64,000 bases of DNA from Hemiscyllium ocellatum (taxonomy: Eukaryota): NCBI RefSeq assembly GCF_020745735.1, contig NC_083409.1, positions 5,631,534-5,695,533 of the forward strand, written 5' to 3'. Every line of letters starts with the position of its first letter. The first letter of the stretch is position 1. Below, piece after piece: positions 12,470-27,262 of the stretch. The translations under genes and the position numbers were made by a program. The notes below the pieces were generated by a model. That model searched no databases and had not been told where the DNA came from. It saw nothing but the letters and a program-made list of their open reading frames with translations.

Positions 12470-15000
12470 CTCTAATTGGCTTGAGGTAGGAAGCATTGGG
12501 TAACAGTGGAAGGATGCTTGCCAGACTAGAGGCCTGTGTCTCGTGGAGTGCCTCGGGCCTCGATGCTGGGCCCATTACTCTTTGTTATCGATATCAATAA
12601 CTTGGATGAGAATCTGCAAAGCATAATTGGGAAGTTTGCAGACGACGTTACAATAGACATTGAAGAAGGTTATCAGAAATTGCAGCAGGACCTTGATCAG
12701 CTGGAGAAATGGGCAGAGAAATGGCAAAATGAGTTGAGAGAAATAATTGTGAGATCTTGCACTTTAGGAACTTTAATCAAGGTGGGAATACCGTGGTGAA
12801 TAGTACTCCAAGTGCGACTTCACAATAGTTCTGTACAATTGCAACATAACTTCCCAACTTCTATACATTATTTAACTGGAACGTGTTCAGAGAAAATGCA
12901 CAAGCATGCTGCCAGGACTCAAAAGTCTGAGTTTTTGTGTGATTTTGGACAAGCTAGGAATTTTTTCCTGTGAGTGTAGGAGACCAAGGGTTTTTCTTTA
13001 AAAAGTGTATAAGACCTTTAAAGACATGGATAGGGTGAGTGCACTCAGTCATTTTCCCAGGATTGGGGAATTGAGGATGATAGAGCATCAGTTTTAGGTT
13101 AGAGAAGAAAGAATAAAAGGGAACCTGAGGGGCAACTTGTTCACACAGAAGAGACACGCATATGGAATAAGCTGTCAGTGGAAGTGATTGAGGTGATATA
13201 TTAACAACTTTTAAAAAGGCATTTGGACAAATACATGGATAGGAAAGGCTTCGAAGGATATGGGCCAAGTTCAGGGAAATGGGGTTAGTGTGGATGGTCG
13301 TTCTGTTCTCCATGGACAAATGTGGACCAAAAAGCCTGTCTCTGTGCTGTAGGACTCGATGACTTTTTGACTCTATAACTCCACATGTTTCCATGTTTAT
13401 GAACAGTCTCTCATACACAGAAATAAAGGAACTAGCAGCAGGAGTAAGCCATTCAGCCCTTCGAGTAGGCTCTGCCATTTAATATGACCATGGCTGATCA
13501 TCCAACTTAATCTCTGTTCCCACTTTTTCCCCTAAAACTTAATCCTTTTAGTCCTAAGAACTACGTTTATCTCCTTCTTGAAAACATTTAATGTTTTGGT
13601 CTCAACCGCTTTCTGTTGACAGAATATCTCACGAGTTTCCCACTCTCTGGCTAAAGACATGTCTCCTCATCTCAGTCTAAAATGACCTTTCCCTTTTCTT
13701 TAAACTGTAATTCCTGGTTCAGGATTTTCCAGTCATCAGGAACATCCTTCCTCCCGTCTTTTCCTGTTAGAATTTTAACAGTTCCAATGTGATTCATCTA
13801 AATCTTGTGAACCCCATGGAATATAATCATAACCAATCCAGTTTCTCATCAGATCTAAGTGCTGTCCTCCCAGGAATCAGTTTGGTAAACCTTCGCTGCC
13901 CTCCCTCCACAGCCGGAACATCCTTCCTCAGATAAGGAGACCAAAACTGCACACAATACAATCATTAAATCACACAATACAGAAGAGGCCCTTCAGCCCA
14001 TTAACTGTGTACCAGCCAAACTACACTAAACCTACACCAGTCCCACTTTCCAACACGAGGCCCATAGTTTGAATGTTATGACATTTCAACTGCTCACCCA
14101 AGTACTTTTTAAAGTTTGTGAGGTTTCCCACATCAACTACCCTCCCAGGCTGTGCATTCCAGAACCGCACCACCCTCTAGGTGAAAAGAAATCTTTCCTC
14201 AAAACATCTTGAAACCTCCTCTCTTTCAGATTGAGTGTGAGCTAACTTGTTATTGACCCTCCTACGAAGGAGAACAGCTGCTTTCTCTCCATCCTGTCCA
14301 TTTCCCTCATAAACTTAGACACCTCTATCAGGTCTCCCCTTCACCTTCTCTGCTCTGAAGAAAACAACCAGAGCTGGTCTAATCTCTCTTCATCACTGAG
14401 AGATTCCATCCCACACAACATCCTAGTGATTCCCCTCTGAACCGCATCCAGTGCAATCACATCCTTCCTACAGTGTGGTGACCTGAACTACACACGGTAC
14501 TCCAGCTGTGGCCTAACTAATGTTCTTCTTAACTGCAGCATATCCTCCTGCTTTTATAGCCAATACCTGAAATGACCAAGGCAAGTGTCCCCTGTGTCTT
14601 CATAACTGCTCTGTTAACCTGTCTTGCTTCATTCAGGGATCAGTGGGCCAGCACCCAAGATTACTCTGTTCCTTTGAGCTTTCTTAGGTCAAAGAACAAG
14701 GGACAAAGAAAATTACAAAACAGGAATAGGCCCTTCTGTGTCCCTCTGCTCCCTGCCCATTCATGCATCTATTTCGATATATCTTTAATGACACTGTCAT
14801 GCCCGCCTCTACCACTTCATCTAGCAATGTGTTCCAGGTACCCACCACACTCTGTGTAAAGAACTTTCCACGCATATATCCCTTAAAACATTTCTCCTCT
14901 CACCTTGAGCCCATGATCCCTAGTAATTGAGCCCCACACTCTGGGGAAAAATCTTCTTGCTATCCACCCTGTTTTTTGCTCTCATGGTATTGTAGACCAC
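12470..15000. mobile_element. Cluster of CR1 RT and 3'-end fragments (both strands)
   Basis: SRGVPRASMLGPLLFVIDINNLD..KFADD (12536-12799) and multiple 3' tails. Confidence 0.75.
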
Positions 15001-18000
15001 GAGCAGGTCCTCCCTCAATCTTCCACTTTCTATTGAAAAGAATGCTAATCTCCTCAACCTCTCTTCAGAGCTCATGCCCTTCCTATGAGACAATCCTGGT
15101 TAACCTCCTCTGCACCGTCTCCGAAGCATCCACTTCCTTCTGGTAATGTGGCGACCAGAACTGTATGCAGTATTCCAAATGTGGTCAAGCCAAAGTCCGA
15201 TACAATGGTTACATGATCTGCCTACTCTTGTACCCCAACCGATAAAGGAAAGCATGCCATCTGCCTTCTTGACCAGGCTATCAAACTGCATTACCACCTG
15301 TAGTGTACAATGGACCCGAACATCCAGATCTCTCTGGGCATCAATTTTCCGCAGGGCTTTCCACTCACCGTATAGTTTACTCCAGAATTGGATATTCCAA
15401 AATTAGTCAGATCACATTTGCCCAGATCGAATTCCATCTGTCCGTTTCTCTGCAAAACTCTCGAATTATCTATATTCTGCTGCATTCTCTGACAGTCCCC
15501 TTCACTATCTGTTACAACACCAATCTGAGTGCCATCTGCAAACTTGTTATTCAGACCACCTATACCTTCCTCCAGATCATGTATATCTATCACAAGCAAG
15601 AGTGGTCCCAGCACGGATTCCTGTTCTCCATTTTGAGAAACTCCCTTCCGCTACGACTGCTGTTTTCTGTTGCCCAGCCTATTTTCTATACATCTAGTGA
15701 GGACACCCTTGACCCCATGCAGCTTTATTTTCTTCATCAGGCTATATGGGGAACGTTATCAACACCTTACTGAAGTCCATGTGTATGACAGCTACAGGTC
15801 TTAGCTAATCAATCAATTTTGTCAATTCTTCAAAACATTCTATGCAATATTTAAGACATGACATTCTCTGCACAAAATCATGCTGCCTGTCACTGATACA
15901 TCCATTTTCTTCCAAATCAGTATCTGCTCCAGCAGCTTCTCATCCACTGACATCAGGCTCACTAGTTGATAATTACCTGGATTATCCTTGCTACTCTTCT
16001 TATGCAAGGGGACAACCTTAGCTATTCTCCAGTCCTCTGGGACCTCACCTGTGTACAAGGTTGCTACAAGGATATCTCATAAGGCCCCAGCTATCTCCTC
16101 TCTTGCTTCCCACAGTATCCGGGAATATATTCCATCCTGACCTGGGGACTTGTCCACCTTAATGCCTTTTAGAACGCTCAACACTTACTCCCTCCTTAAA
16201 CCGACTTGACCGAGAGTAATCAAACATTTATCCCCAACTTCAACGTTCATCTTTTCCCTCTCCTTGGTAAATAGCAAAACAAACTACTCATTAAGAATCT
16301 CTCCCATTTTCCCTGATTCCATGCATAACTTTCCTCTGTCCTTGAGTGGGCCAACCCTTTCTCTAGTCACACTCTTGCTTCTTATATATGAATAAAAGGC
16401 TTTGGGATTTTTCTTAACCCTGTTTGCTAATGATATTTCGTGACCACTTTTAGCATTTTTTAATACCTCACTTCAGATCGGTCCTATTTTCCCAATATTT
16501 TTCCAAAGATTTGTCTGTTTTCAGCCACCTAGACTTTATGTATGCATTCTTTTTCCTCTAAGATAGTCTCACAATTTCACCTGTCATCCAGGCTTCCCCA
16601 ATCTTGGCATTACAATCCCTCATTTTCACAGGGATATGTCTGTCTGGCATTCTAATCAACCTCTCAATAAAAGCCTCCCACATATCAAATGTGGATTTAA
16701 CCACAGACAGCTGCTCCCATTCCCCAGCTTCTGCCAAATTTTGCTACAGTTGGCCTTCCTCCAGTTTAGCATTCTTCTTTTAGGACCACTCTCATCGTTG
16801 TTCATGAGCATTCTAAAACATATGGAATTGTGATCACTGTTCCCAAAGTAATCCCCAACTGAGATTTCAACCACCTGACTGCGCTCATTTCCCAACACCA
16901 GGTCCAGAATGGCCCCTTCCTAAATTTAACTATTTACATTCTATGTAAAATCCACCTGGGTGCTCCTGACAAATTCTGCGCTGTCTAAACCTATACCTTT
17001 AAGTGGATTCCCGTCAATGTTGGGAAAATTAAAATCTCCCATCACCACCAACCTGTTGCTCCTACATCTTCCATAATCTGTTTACATATTTGACTTCTAT
17101 CTAGCGCTCGCTGTTGGGAGGCCTGTAGTACAGTCCCAGCGTTGTTACTGTACTCTTCCTGTTTCTGAGGTATGCCCAAACTGCCCCTCTGCTCAAGTCC
17201 TCCATAGTGCCTTCCTTCAGCACAGCTCTGTCCTCTCTGACCGGTAATGCAAATCCTCCACCCCCTTTACCTCCCTCTCAAACCCATCTGTTACATCTGT
17301 ATCCTGGGATATTTCGTTGCCAATCTTACCTTTCCCTCAACCAAGACTCAGTAATAGCAATAACATCATACTACCAAGTACAAATCCAAGCCCTGAATTC
17401 CTCTGCCTTACCTACTACACTTCTTGCATTAAAACAAATACTCCTCAGACCACCTGTCCCTTTTCGTTCATCATCTACCTATTCTTACCCTTAGTCACAC
17501 TGATTTCATTTCCTAGTTCCTTACAGGCTTTAGTTACTAACTCCTTACTGTCCGCTAACCTCCTCATTTGGTTCCCATCCCTCTGCTACATTATTTTGAA
17601 CCATCCCCAAGAACGTGAGCAAAAGTATCCTGGAGGACATTGGTTCCAGTCCTGCCCAGGTGCAGACTGTCTCATTTTTAATAGTCTCACCTCCCCCAGA
17701 AACAGTCCCAATTCCCCAAAAATTTTAAACTCCCCCTCCTGCGCCATCTCTCAAGCCATTCATTCATCCTGCCTATTCTTCCATGTTTACTCTGCCTAAT
17801 ACGCGACAGTGGTTGCAATCCTGAGATTAATACCACAGAGGTCCTTATTTTTAATGCGGTTCCTAACTCCCAAAATTCTGCATTTAGGACCTCATTCCGT
17901 TTGTTACATATATCATTGCGGCCTACATCCACCATCACAGCTAACTGTTCACTCTCCCCCTTCAGAGCTATCCGGGAGTCTCGTTTTCGACCACAGAACC

Positions 18001-19370
18001 AACTATGTGTTCCCCTTACAAAGTCAAAATAAACCACATCTGCGGGCACCCCCTTATCAAATCATTACATCCTCAAACAATTCCAATCGATTTGTTAAGC
18101 ATGATTTTTCTTTTGACAATCCATGCTAACTCTGTTCAATTCTGTCACTGTTTTCTCAGTGCTAAGCTATAAAATATTTTATAATGAATTTGAGCTTTTT
18201 CTCCACTGGTGATGTCCGACTAATTTGTCTAAAGTTTCATAGGGTTAATGCTCTATGTTTCCCTTCATGGGAAACTAAGGACTACACAGTAAACCACTGA
18301 GTGACCACGAGGACAGGATGCAGAACACAGGAGGATCAGAAAGCTGAACTGTACCTATTTTACTGTTAGGAGCTTGACCAGTAATATGGTTGAACTGAGA
18401 ACATTTAACAGCACTTTGAAATGTATATAGTCATCGAGACATAAAATGTACAGCATGGAAACAAATCCTTTGGTCCAACCTATCCATACCGACCATGTGT
18501 CCCAACCCAATCTAGACCCACCTGCCAGCACCCGGCCCAAAACTCTCCAAACCCTTTCTATTATATGTCCATCCAAATGCCTTTTAAATTTTGCAGTTGT
18601 ACCAGCCTCCACCACTTCCACTGGCAGATCATTCCATACACGTACTATCTTTGCGTGAAAAGGTTGCCCTTAACGTCTCTTTCATATCTTTCCCCTCTCA
18701 CCCTAAACCTATGCCCTCTATTTCTGGACTCTCCAACCCCATAGGAAAGACTTTGTCTATTTATCCTATCCATACCCCCATCACTTTATAAACCTCTAGA
18801 AGGTCAGTCTCCAGCCTACGACGCTACAGGGGAAAAAAAACAGCCCCATCCTGTTCAGCCTCTTCGTATAGCCCAAATCCAGCAATCCTGGCACCATCCT
18901 TGTAAAACTTTTTTGATCACTTTCAAGTGTCACAACATCTTTCCGGTAGGAGGGAGACCATAATATTCCAACAGTGGCCTAACCAATGTCCTATACAGCT
19001 GCAACATGACCTCCCAACTCCTGTACTCGATACTCTGACCGATAAAGGAAAGCATACCAAACACCTTCCTCACTATCCTATCTAACTGTGACTCAACTTT
19101 CAAGGAGCAATGAGCCTGCACTCCAAGGTCTCTTTGTTCAGCAACAGTCCTTCGGACCTCACCATCAAGTGTATAAGTCCTGCTCAGATTTGTTTTCCCA
19201 AAATGCAGCACCTCGCATTTATCTGAATTAAACTCCTTTTCCACGTCTCAGTTCATTGGCCCATCTGATCAAGATCCTGTTGTAATCTGAGGTAAACTTA
19301 TTTGCTGTCCACTACACCTTCAATTTTGGTGTCATCTGCAAATGTACGAACCATATCTCTTCTGCTATTT
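15000..19370 (-). mobile_element. Decayed CR1 copies on - (ORF1 esterase, APE, RT, 3' end)
   Basis: GPLLLVIDIHDL..KFADG, EVPEDWRIAKVVPLHKK..NPGNY, GDYFGNSDHNSI, VDVGRNDI..VLISGL. A separate 3' piece lies at 18400-19370. Confidence 0.85.
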
Positions 19371-21444
19371 CATATGCTGTTGCGTTGTCTTCTTGGAGTA
19401 TAATATTGTTGCAATTGCTGAGACATGATTGAACAAAGAAAGAATTGGCAGCTCAACATTCCAGGGTAGAGAAGTCTCAGGTGGGAAGACAGGGTGCAAC
19501 AGAGGTGGGTGCGTTGCTAAAGGAAACCATGACTGCAGTATTGCTACTGAAGGAACAATTCTTGGAAAGGTCCTCAAACGATACCGTCTGGATAGAGGTA
19601 GAGAAAAGGACAATCACTTTGTTGGGGTTATACTACAGGCGCCTCGAGAGTCAGATGGAGAGAGAGGACCAGATATGTCGGCAAATCAATGAGAGATGTG
19701 AGAGGAATAGAGCTATATTAGCAAAGAATTTCAACTGCTCTAACATGAACTTTACGTTTGACTTCATGTGAATGGAATTTTTAAAGTCCATCCAGGAGAG
19801 CTTTTGGTGCCAGTACGTAGATAGTCCCACTAGACATGGGCAGTGTTGGGCTCAATCCGAGGCAATGTCAAATTGTTGAAGAACCAGTTGGTGACCAGTT
19901 TGGAGATAGTGAACATAACTCCATAAGTTTCCTAGTTATTATGGAAATTAATAATGGTAGTGCAGACGTTAAGTGTCTAAAGTAAGGCAAGGCCACTTTC
20001 AATTTCATTAGACAGGATCTGGCAAATATAGACTGGGAGCAGTTACTTGGAGGTCAGTCTACATTTGAACAGTGGGGATCTTTTTTATGTAGTTCAGGAC
20101 TCGCTCATAAAATAAGGCAATGACAGCAGCTCCTGGGATCCTGAATGTCAAGGCACATGCAATAGTCTGAGAAAGAAAAAGGAAGAAGCATATGCAAAGA
20201 ACAGAGCATCAAAAAGAGGGGAGGCCCTTCAGGAGGAGAGAAAGTATGGGGAGGTGCTTAAAAAATAGGAGGACAAATATGAGCCATAAAATATCTTTGG
20301 CAACCGGATCCCTTCACCCCAGAATACTTTGCAAAGTGGCACTAGAAAAAATAGATGCACTCGTGGTCATCTTTAAAAAATTCTAGACTCAGGAGCAGTT
20401 CCTATGGATTGGAGAGTGGCTAACATAACTCCACTATTTAAGAAGGGAGACAGAGAGAACACAGTGGTGTTTGTAGACCGATTAGTTTGACATCAGTAGT
20501 GGGAAAAAGTCTGTGAAGTCCATTATAAAAGATGTGCAGCAAATGTGTTGTAACCTGCACTTTATGAACGAGCACTCTTGACAAACCGGCAAAAGTTATA
20601 TCACTCAAATGCAGCAAAGTTTATTAATATATCATTCTGTCCAGTTATTATACATTTAAAATTTATTAACTTCATTGTAAATATACTTGTTTTACAATTG
20701 AATATCCACATGAAATATCAACAGTTGATTCAATTTCGAGTCAATGTCTCCTCAAACACAGCGACCTGCCGCGATGCCCGGGTAAGTGAAAGTGTGAGTG
20801 TGAAGGACATGGGGAGAAAATCGGCTATTCTAGATACAAAACATTGCTGACCACATTGATCATCTAGTGGCCTGCTGGGCATAGATTGTCAGGAGCTGAA
20901 CACGAAAGAAAGAGTCATTAAGCTGAAAGAGTCATTAAGAAAATTTTCAATTAAAGATACCCAAGTTAAGCACATAAGTCACATGCTGAGAGCAAAAGGA
21001 TTTGCCTGGATTCTGGAAAGGTAGGAGTGTTAGCAGTGATGTGGTGACTGACAGATGTGAACACAGTGTACCGATTTGTAGGATTCATCAAATACAAAGT
21101 GCCAATTTCTAATTAGAGTGACAATCACGATGCAAGCCAACTATTCCCATCCCAACTGCTGGTATTATTGGACAACATAGATCTTAGAACAAACCCCAAA
21201 ACTACTGAAGAAATGCAGTTGGTCTGCAGCATCTGTAGAGCATAAGCACGCAATGGCAATTTGGCAAGTTGATGGTGACGTGTTGTCTTTGTAATTGGAA
21301 AGCTGTGACCAGTGGTGTATGACAGGAATTGGGGCTGCGACCCTTTCTGTTTGTAATGTACATTAATGAATTAACTGTGATTGTATAATTAGAAAGTTTT
21401 CAGATGCCACACAAATTGGTGGTGTAGTTGATAATTATTTGAAT

Positions 21445-22190
21445 GTTATTTTATTATTACATGGACTCGAGTACAAAAGTATTGGAGCACAGTAAAAAGT
21501 ATGTGATGTCACCTTGTCAGGAGCCATCTTAGGTGCGAGATACAGAATCTTAAGGACAAGGTAAAAAGAAAGAATAAGTTTAAAAGTTATACGTTACAGA
21601 TTTCTTGACGTTTTTAGTTTCCAGAAGAAAATAAATAAATAAATCATTATTTCAATCATTACAGTCTTTTTTAAGCGTTAAACTACCGTGGGATCATACT
21701 TTGAGTCATCACTTCGAGACCGGAAGGCAAACTGAGGCTGTGCTAGGCCGAACGACCACCTTATACAGCAAAAGATCACCTTGTGGGCCAAGAGGCAACA
21801 ACGCTGGGCCACTGAGAGATCGCCATGCTAGGCCGAGAGTCCATCACGCTGGAGCGACAGTCGAGCATACTGAGCCGAGAGGCAACCACATTAAACTGAG
21901 AACCCAACACGTCAGACCAAGAGTCTGCCTCACCGAGCTGGTAGGAGTCTGCCAGGTCAGGACTCTGCCACATCAAGTCAAGTGGCCGCAACACTGGGGC
22001 TGCACTGTTCAGAGGCCTGGCAAGTGAGGCTGGGAGTCTGTGGTTGGGAGAGAAAAGAAGAGAGAATGACAATAGAAAAACACAAAAGAAAATAAATACC
22101 AGTGGAAGTAAAAGCAGAAAAGGAAACAGAGGGAGCAGATGAACTTGGTCTGAAGAGTCCTACGCTGCTGCCATCTTGGATTACTGGGTC
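21445..22190 (-). mobile_element. Non-autonomous retroelement with an L2-like tail and two AAGATGGC motifs
   Basis: On -: starts ccaagatggcagcagcgtaggactc (22177-22170) and ends ...cctaagatggc...ctttttactgtgctcc..gtactcgagtccatgtaataataaaat. No coding homology recognised. Confidence 0.5.
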
Positions 22191-22199
22191 TCAGGCTAC

Positions 22200-23770
22200 A
22201 GACTTATATTGATCAGCTGGTAATTGGGCAGAGCAACGGCAGATGGAATTTAATCCTGAAAAGTCTGAGGTGATCCAATTTGGGAGGTCTAATAAGGGAA
22301 GGATATGCACAATAGAAGATATGTGCCTTGAGTGTCCTTGTGCATGAATCAGGGAGGGTTCGTCTGCAGGTACAACAAGCAATTTGGAAAGCAAATGGAA
22401 TTTTGTCCTTCATTGCTAAAGGGATTGAGTTTAAAATAGCAGGAAGGATATGTTGCATCTGTTCAGGGTACTGGTGAGGCCATACCTGGAGTACTTTGTG
22501 TAGTTTTGGTCTCCTTACTTGAGAAAGGATTTACTGGCACTAGAAGGGGTGCAGAGAAGGGTAATTACAGGATTGAGGGGGTTGTCTTATGAGGGGAGAC
22601 TGAATAGACTGGAATATATTCGTTGGAACTTAGAAGAATGAGGGGGATCTTATAGAAACTTATAATATTATGTAGAGAATAGATAAGATTGAAGTAGAGA
22701 GAATATTTCCACTGGCAGGTGAAACTTGGACAAGAGGGCATTGCCTCAAAATTAAGGGGAGCAGTTTTAGGATTGAATTGAGAAGGGACTTCTTTACCCA
22801 GAGGGCCATAAATCTATGAAATTCCTTGCCCAGCGAAATCGTTGACGCTACTTCAGTAAACATTTTTAAAGCTCACGTTTTTTTTTTGAAAAATAAAGGA
22901 ATTAGGAGATAAGATGAGAGTGCAGGTAAGTGGAATCGAGTCCAGGAAAAGATCAGCCATGATCTTATTGCACAGTGAAGCAGGCTTGAAGGGCCAGACC
23001 GCTTACTCCTGCTTCTAGTTCTTATGTTCTTATGTTCCTTGGCAGTAGTGAGGAGCACACAGACCTTGGTGTACAACTCCATCGATCCCGTAAGGTATCA
23101 TCACACCCAGACATGGTGATGAAGAAGACATATGGGATGCTTGCCATCATTAGCCAGGGTTCAGAATATAGGAGTAAGGAACTCTCGTTGTTCATTTACA
23201 GAGCATTGGTTCGCCCGTTTCTTGAACACTGTACAGTTCTGGTCATAACACAGTTGGAAGAACATGAGTAGACTGGAGAGGGTGTAGAGGAGATTCACCA
23301 GGATGTTGCTTGGGATGAAAAGTGTTCGTTATGAGGAGAGAGCCTGAATAGACTGGGTTTGTTTCCTCTGGAGGAGAGGAAGCATGGGGGTGGGTGTTGG
23401 AGTGAATCGGATTAAGGTAGACAAAATTCTGAGAGACAAAGTCAATCGCGATCATATTTTCCCCATTGACGACACGTCTATGACCGAAGGCAGTAAGCTT
23501 AATGTGATGAAAAGGTGGTTTAGAGGGGAATTGAGGATTGCTTTCTTTCCCCAGAGGGTGGTACAAATATAGAATGTGCTGCCTGAGAAGGTGGTGGAGG
23601 CAGCTCCTCTCACAACACTTAAGACACATTCAGACGAGCACATAAAATGCTAGGGCATGAAAGGCTATGGACCAAGTGCAGGTAAATGGGATGAGTGCAG
23701 TTTGATGTTTACTGATCGGCATCGACATGATGGGCAGAAGGGCCTGTTTGTTTGCTGTATGACTCTATGA
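22200..23770 (+). mobile_element. Two CR1 3' fragments
   Basis: WQMEFNPEK.EVI.FG..N, LYRALVRP.LE, and 3' tails. Confidence 0.8.
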
Positions 23771-23779
23771 CTGTGAAGA

Positions 23780-25610
23780 GAAGGATATGGAAGCATCTAT
23801 CATGTCTTTTTTGAAAATATTTAAACAAATGAGGTGAGGAAAAACAATGGAGCTTGCCCATGCAAAATGAACTTGGGAAGCACAAGAAGTTTCTATATCC
23901 CTGCCAGAGGAACATTCTCAGTATCTCGAGGAAGTGAAAAGGTGAAAAGCACATATGCATTGATCCCACAAACATATAGCAAGATGTCTCAGAACTTACA
24001 GAAACAACCTCCACAAACTTCTACTGGGTTTGAGACAATTTAGCAAAACATTGTTGACAGGTGGATAAGGTCATTAAAGGCTGAGAATACTTACAATGTT
24101 GTTGGCGATATTAATCTCTGAGAAGGATATAAAACTTCATTCCCTTCTAGAAACAGAATTCATGTAAAAGACCAAAGGGGAACAACAGCATAACAAGCAG
24201 CTAGAATGGTTAATGATTATAGACTTCATTAAAGCCAAAACCCTGCAGATGCTTGAATCCAAAGTAGACAAAAAGGAGGCTGAAAGAGCACAACAAGCCA
24301 AGCAGCATCAGGAGGTGGAGAAGTCACCTGATGGGAGACCGATCCAGAAACCTTATTCCCATCAGGCCCAGAAATGGGAGAAAAATAAAAATTAGGAGAG
24401 TGTGTGGAAGGCAGGTAGACAGGGGAGAGAATGTTCAGGAGGGAAAAGCCCGAGAACTCCTCCTCAGACTAAGAAAGAAATTGCTGATGCTGGAAGTGTT
24501 GATCAGAAGCTTAAATGATTCTCTTGGAACAAGGTGGGCCATGTACGTATGGAATGTTGCAAGTTGTGAAGTAGACCCAGCGGATTTATGGGAGTTAATA
24601 AAAGTGAGTCAAAGGAGGGAATGCAAACAGTTAATCCCATGGAGCAGGTTGTAGCTATAACTATAACAAAAAGGCCGGAGGTGAATTCTGTCATTAGTAA
24701 AGGAAGTTGTAAGGTAGATGAGAGGTGAACAGGCCTTTTATGAAAAGGAATGGTGACTCCATTTTCTTCAGCTAAACCTAGAATCAAACTGAGACATACA
24801 GGGACAATACAATTACTTTTACTGGAGAAAGAATTGATTGTCCCTCCAGAGAGCTCGATGGATTTTAAGGTATTAATCAATGGGATTGGTGGAGAATATA
24901 TTCCACTTCCATTGCATACAGTACAACTGGAATGTGATTTGTTATCAGGAGAAGTAATTGTCGGAGTGGAGGAAACATTCCCTGTTGAGAAAGTCGATTT
25001 CCTTCTGGGGTATGATTTGACAGGAATAAAGGCAATTACAGGATGTTCAAAAGAGGTCCAAGAAACAGAACATTGACAATAACATTCTCTCTCCTTCGTA
25101 TGAGGCAACCAGGGCAATGGTTAATCAAAATCAAGCAAAAAGATTTGATGTGACATCGCAGCAAGTCGGAAGTTCGCTGAAACTTTCCGAAACGGTGAAG
25201 ATAATCCAGGTGGAGTGTTTGGTATGATGTCATTAATTACAGCAGATCCAAAAAGCAGATCCTGAGTGAAATAAATGAACACAATCAGCTCATACTGAGG
25301 CCGAGGCTGGAGGGGTTTCAGAGTGCTATTATCTTCGGAATGGGGCGCTGATGAGGAAACGGAGACCGCCTCCACCCCCTCCCCACGCCCCCCCCCCTCC
25401 CCCCGCGATAGACTCCCAGATTAAGAATGGTTGGTTAACCATTGGTTTTTGGTACCACCCAGCTATGATAGGGAGATATTGTGAGGAGCACATCAGATTT
25501 CCATGGCAGGACCATGGGGACTTGAAAATTGTCCAGTTGTCCACAGGCATCCAGAATCAGGTGTTTTATTGAGCCAAAATTAAATAAAGATGTGGCTCAT
25601 TTTATAAATG
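23780..25610 (+). mobile_element. Degenerate Gypsy LTR retrotransposon (Gmr1-type order): gag, protease, integrase N-terminal region
   Basis: Gag-like ALIPQTYSKMSQNLQKQPPQT...DRWIRSLK. Protease-like KLRHTG...VLINGIGGEYIPLPLHTVQLECDLLSGEVIVGV...VDFLLGYDL (ORF 24750-25076). YYLRNGALMRKRRP and HQI..MAGPWG..FYWxK-like relics follow. Many stops and frameshifts. Confidence 0.8.
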
Positions 25611-25614
25611 TTTC

Positions 25615-26940
25615 ATACATGAACTCATTGTTACCAATCTGCCAACTGCAGATGCATCTGTCCACGAAAGTATCAGTAAGGGTGACCACCACACAGTCAT
25701 TATGAAGACCAACACCCTCCTTCACATTGAAAATAGCCTCCATCATGTTGTGTGGCACTAGCAAAACACTAACTGGGACAGACTTACAACCAATCTCACA
25801 ACTCATAACTGGGCATCCACGAGGCACTGTGGACAATATACAGCAACAGAATTGTGCTCCAGCCACGACTCGACCATTATCATCAAACCAGGGGATCAAC
25901 AATGGTTCAATGGAGAATTCAGGAGGGCATACCAGGAGCAGCACCAGTCATTCATTAAGATGAGATGTTCCTGTATTCCTGATGAAGGGTTTTTACCCGA
26001 AAGGTCGATTTTACTGCTCATCGGATGCTGCCTGAACTGCTGTGCTTTCACAGCACCACTCTAATCTAGACTCTGGTTTCCAGCATCTGCAGTCATTGTT
26101 TTTTCCAAGATGAGGTATTTACCTGCTGAAACCACCAAACAGGACGACTTGCATGCCAAGCAGCACAAGCAGCAATTGATAGGCAGTATTAGACAACCCA
26201 CAACCAATGGATCAGCTCTTAGCTCTGCAGTCCTGTCACATCCAGTCATGAGTACTGGTGGATGATTAAACATCTCACTGGATGAGCGGGCTCCACAAAT
26301 ATCCCCATCCTCAATGATGGAAGAGTCCAATACATAGGGCAAAACATAAGGCTGAAGCTTTTGCAGAAATGTTCAGCCAGAAGTTCTGAGTGGATGAGCC
26401 GTCTTGGCCTCCTCCAGTGGTCCTCAGCATGAAAGATAACCGTCTTCAGTCAATTCGATTCACTCCACGTGCTATCAAGAAAACAGGTACTGGGTACTGC
26501 AATGGCTATGGGCCCTGACAACATTTTGCTAATAGTACTGAACAGTTATGCTCCAGAACTTGCCACTTCCCTAGCCAAGCTGTTCCAGGTAGGCTATAAC
26601 ACTGGCATCTGCCCAATAATGTGGAAAATTTCCCAACTATGTCCTGTACATAAAAAGCAGGACAAATCCAAGCCAGCCAGTTACCGCCCCATCAGTCTCC
26701 TCACAATCATCAGGAAAGTGATGGAATGTGTCATCAACAGTACTGTCAATCAGTACCTGCTCAGCAATAACCTGCTCTGTGATGCCTTGTTTGGGTTCCA
26801 CCAGGTCACTCAGTTTCATTACAGATTGGTTCAAACATGGACAAAAGGGTTGAAGTAGGGATGAGCAATAAATGCCGGCCTTGGGCAACTTGGGATAAGC
26901 AACAAATGCTGGCCAGTCAGTGATGCTCACATTACACAAA
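25615..26940 (+). mobile_element. Non-LTR (CR1/L2-group) LINE fragment inserted in the Gypsy, itself interrupted by a Penelope terminal repeat (about 25970-26130)
   Basis: ORF 26469-26858 AMGPDNI..VL...APELATSLAKLFQ..NTGI.P.MWK..LCPVHKKQDKS.PA.YRPISLL. Confidence 0.8.
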
Positions 26941-26957
26941 ATGAATAAATTTTAAAA

Positions 26958-27262
26958 AACTTTTCAAGTTATAGGTAAACCTCAACATGTGATTGAACCA
27001 GCATCCTTAATTCCTCTCCCAGTTTTTGAGGAAACATTCAGTCGTGTACAGGTGTGTCAAGTAGTGAGTATAATGGAGGAGGGGATGAGAAAAAGCCTGA
27101 GAGCCAAAGACAATTGGACATTTTCCAAAGTGAACTTCCTCCTATGAGGTGAATAAATTCAGAGATATTAGAGAATTCAGAAACTGTATTTTTGCATCTG
27201 GAGGAAGATTAAAAGAGGGACAGAGTGAGATTTCTCAGAGAATGCAAAGAACTTTGTGTGAG
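26958..27262 (+). mobile_element. Gypsy continuation: integrase start and INT-RT linker
   Basis: QVIGKPQHVIEPASLIPLPVFEETFSRV, then PPMR*INSEILENSETVFLHLEE...LRECKELC. Confidence 0.7.

Noticed and set aside
20560-21180. Unique AT-rich region with a GTAAGT donor at about 20781
   Set aside because: No recognisable coding homology or matching exon partner on either strand.
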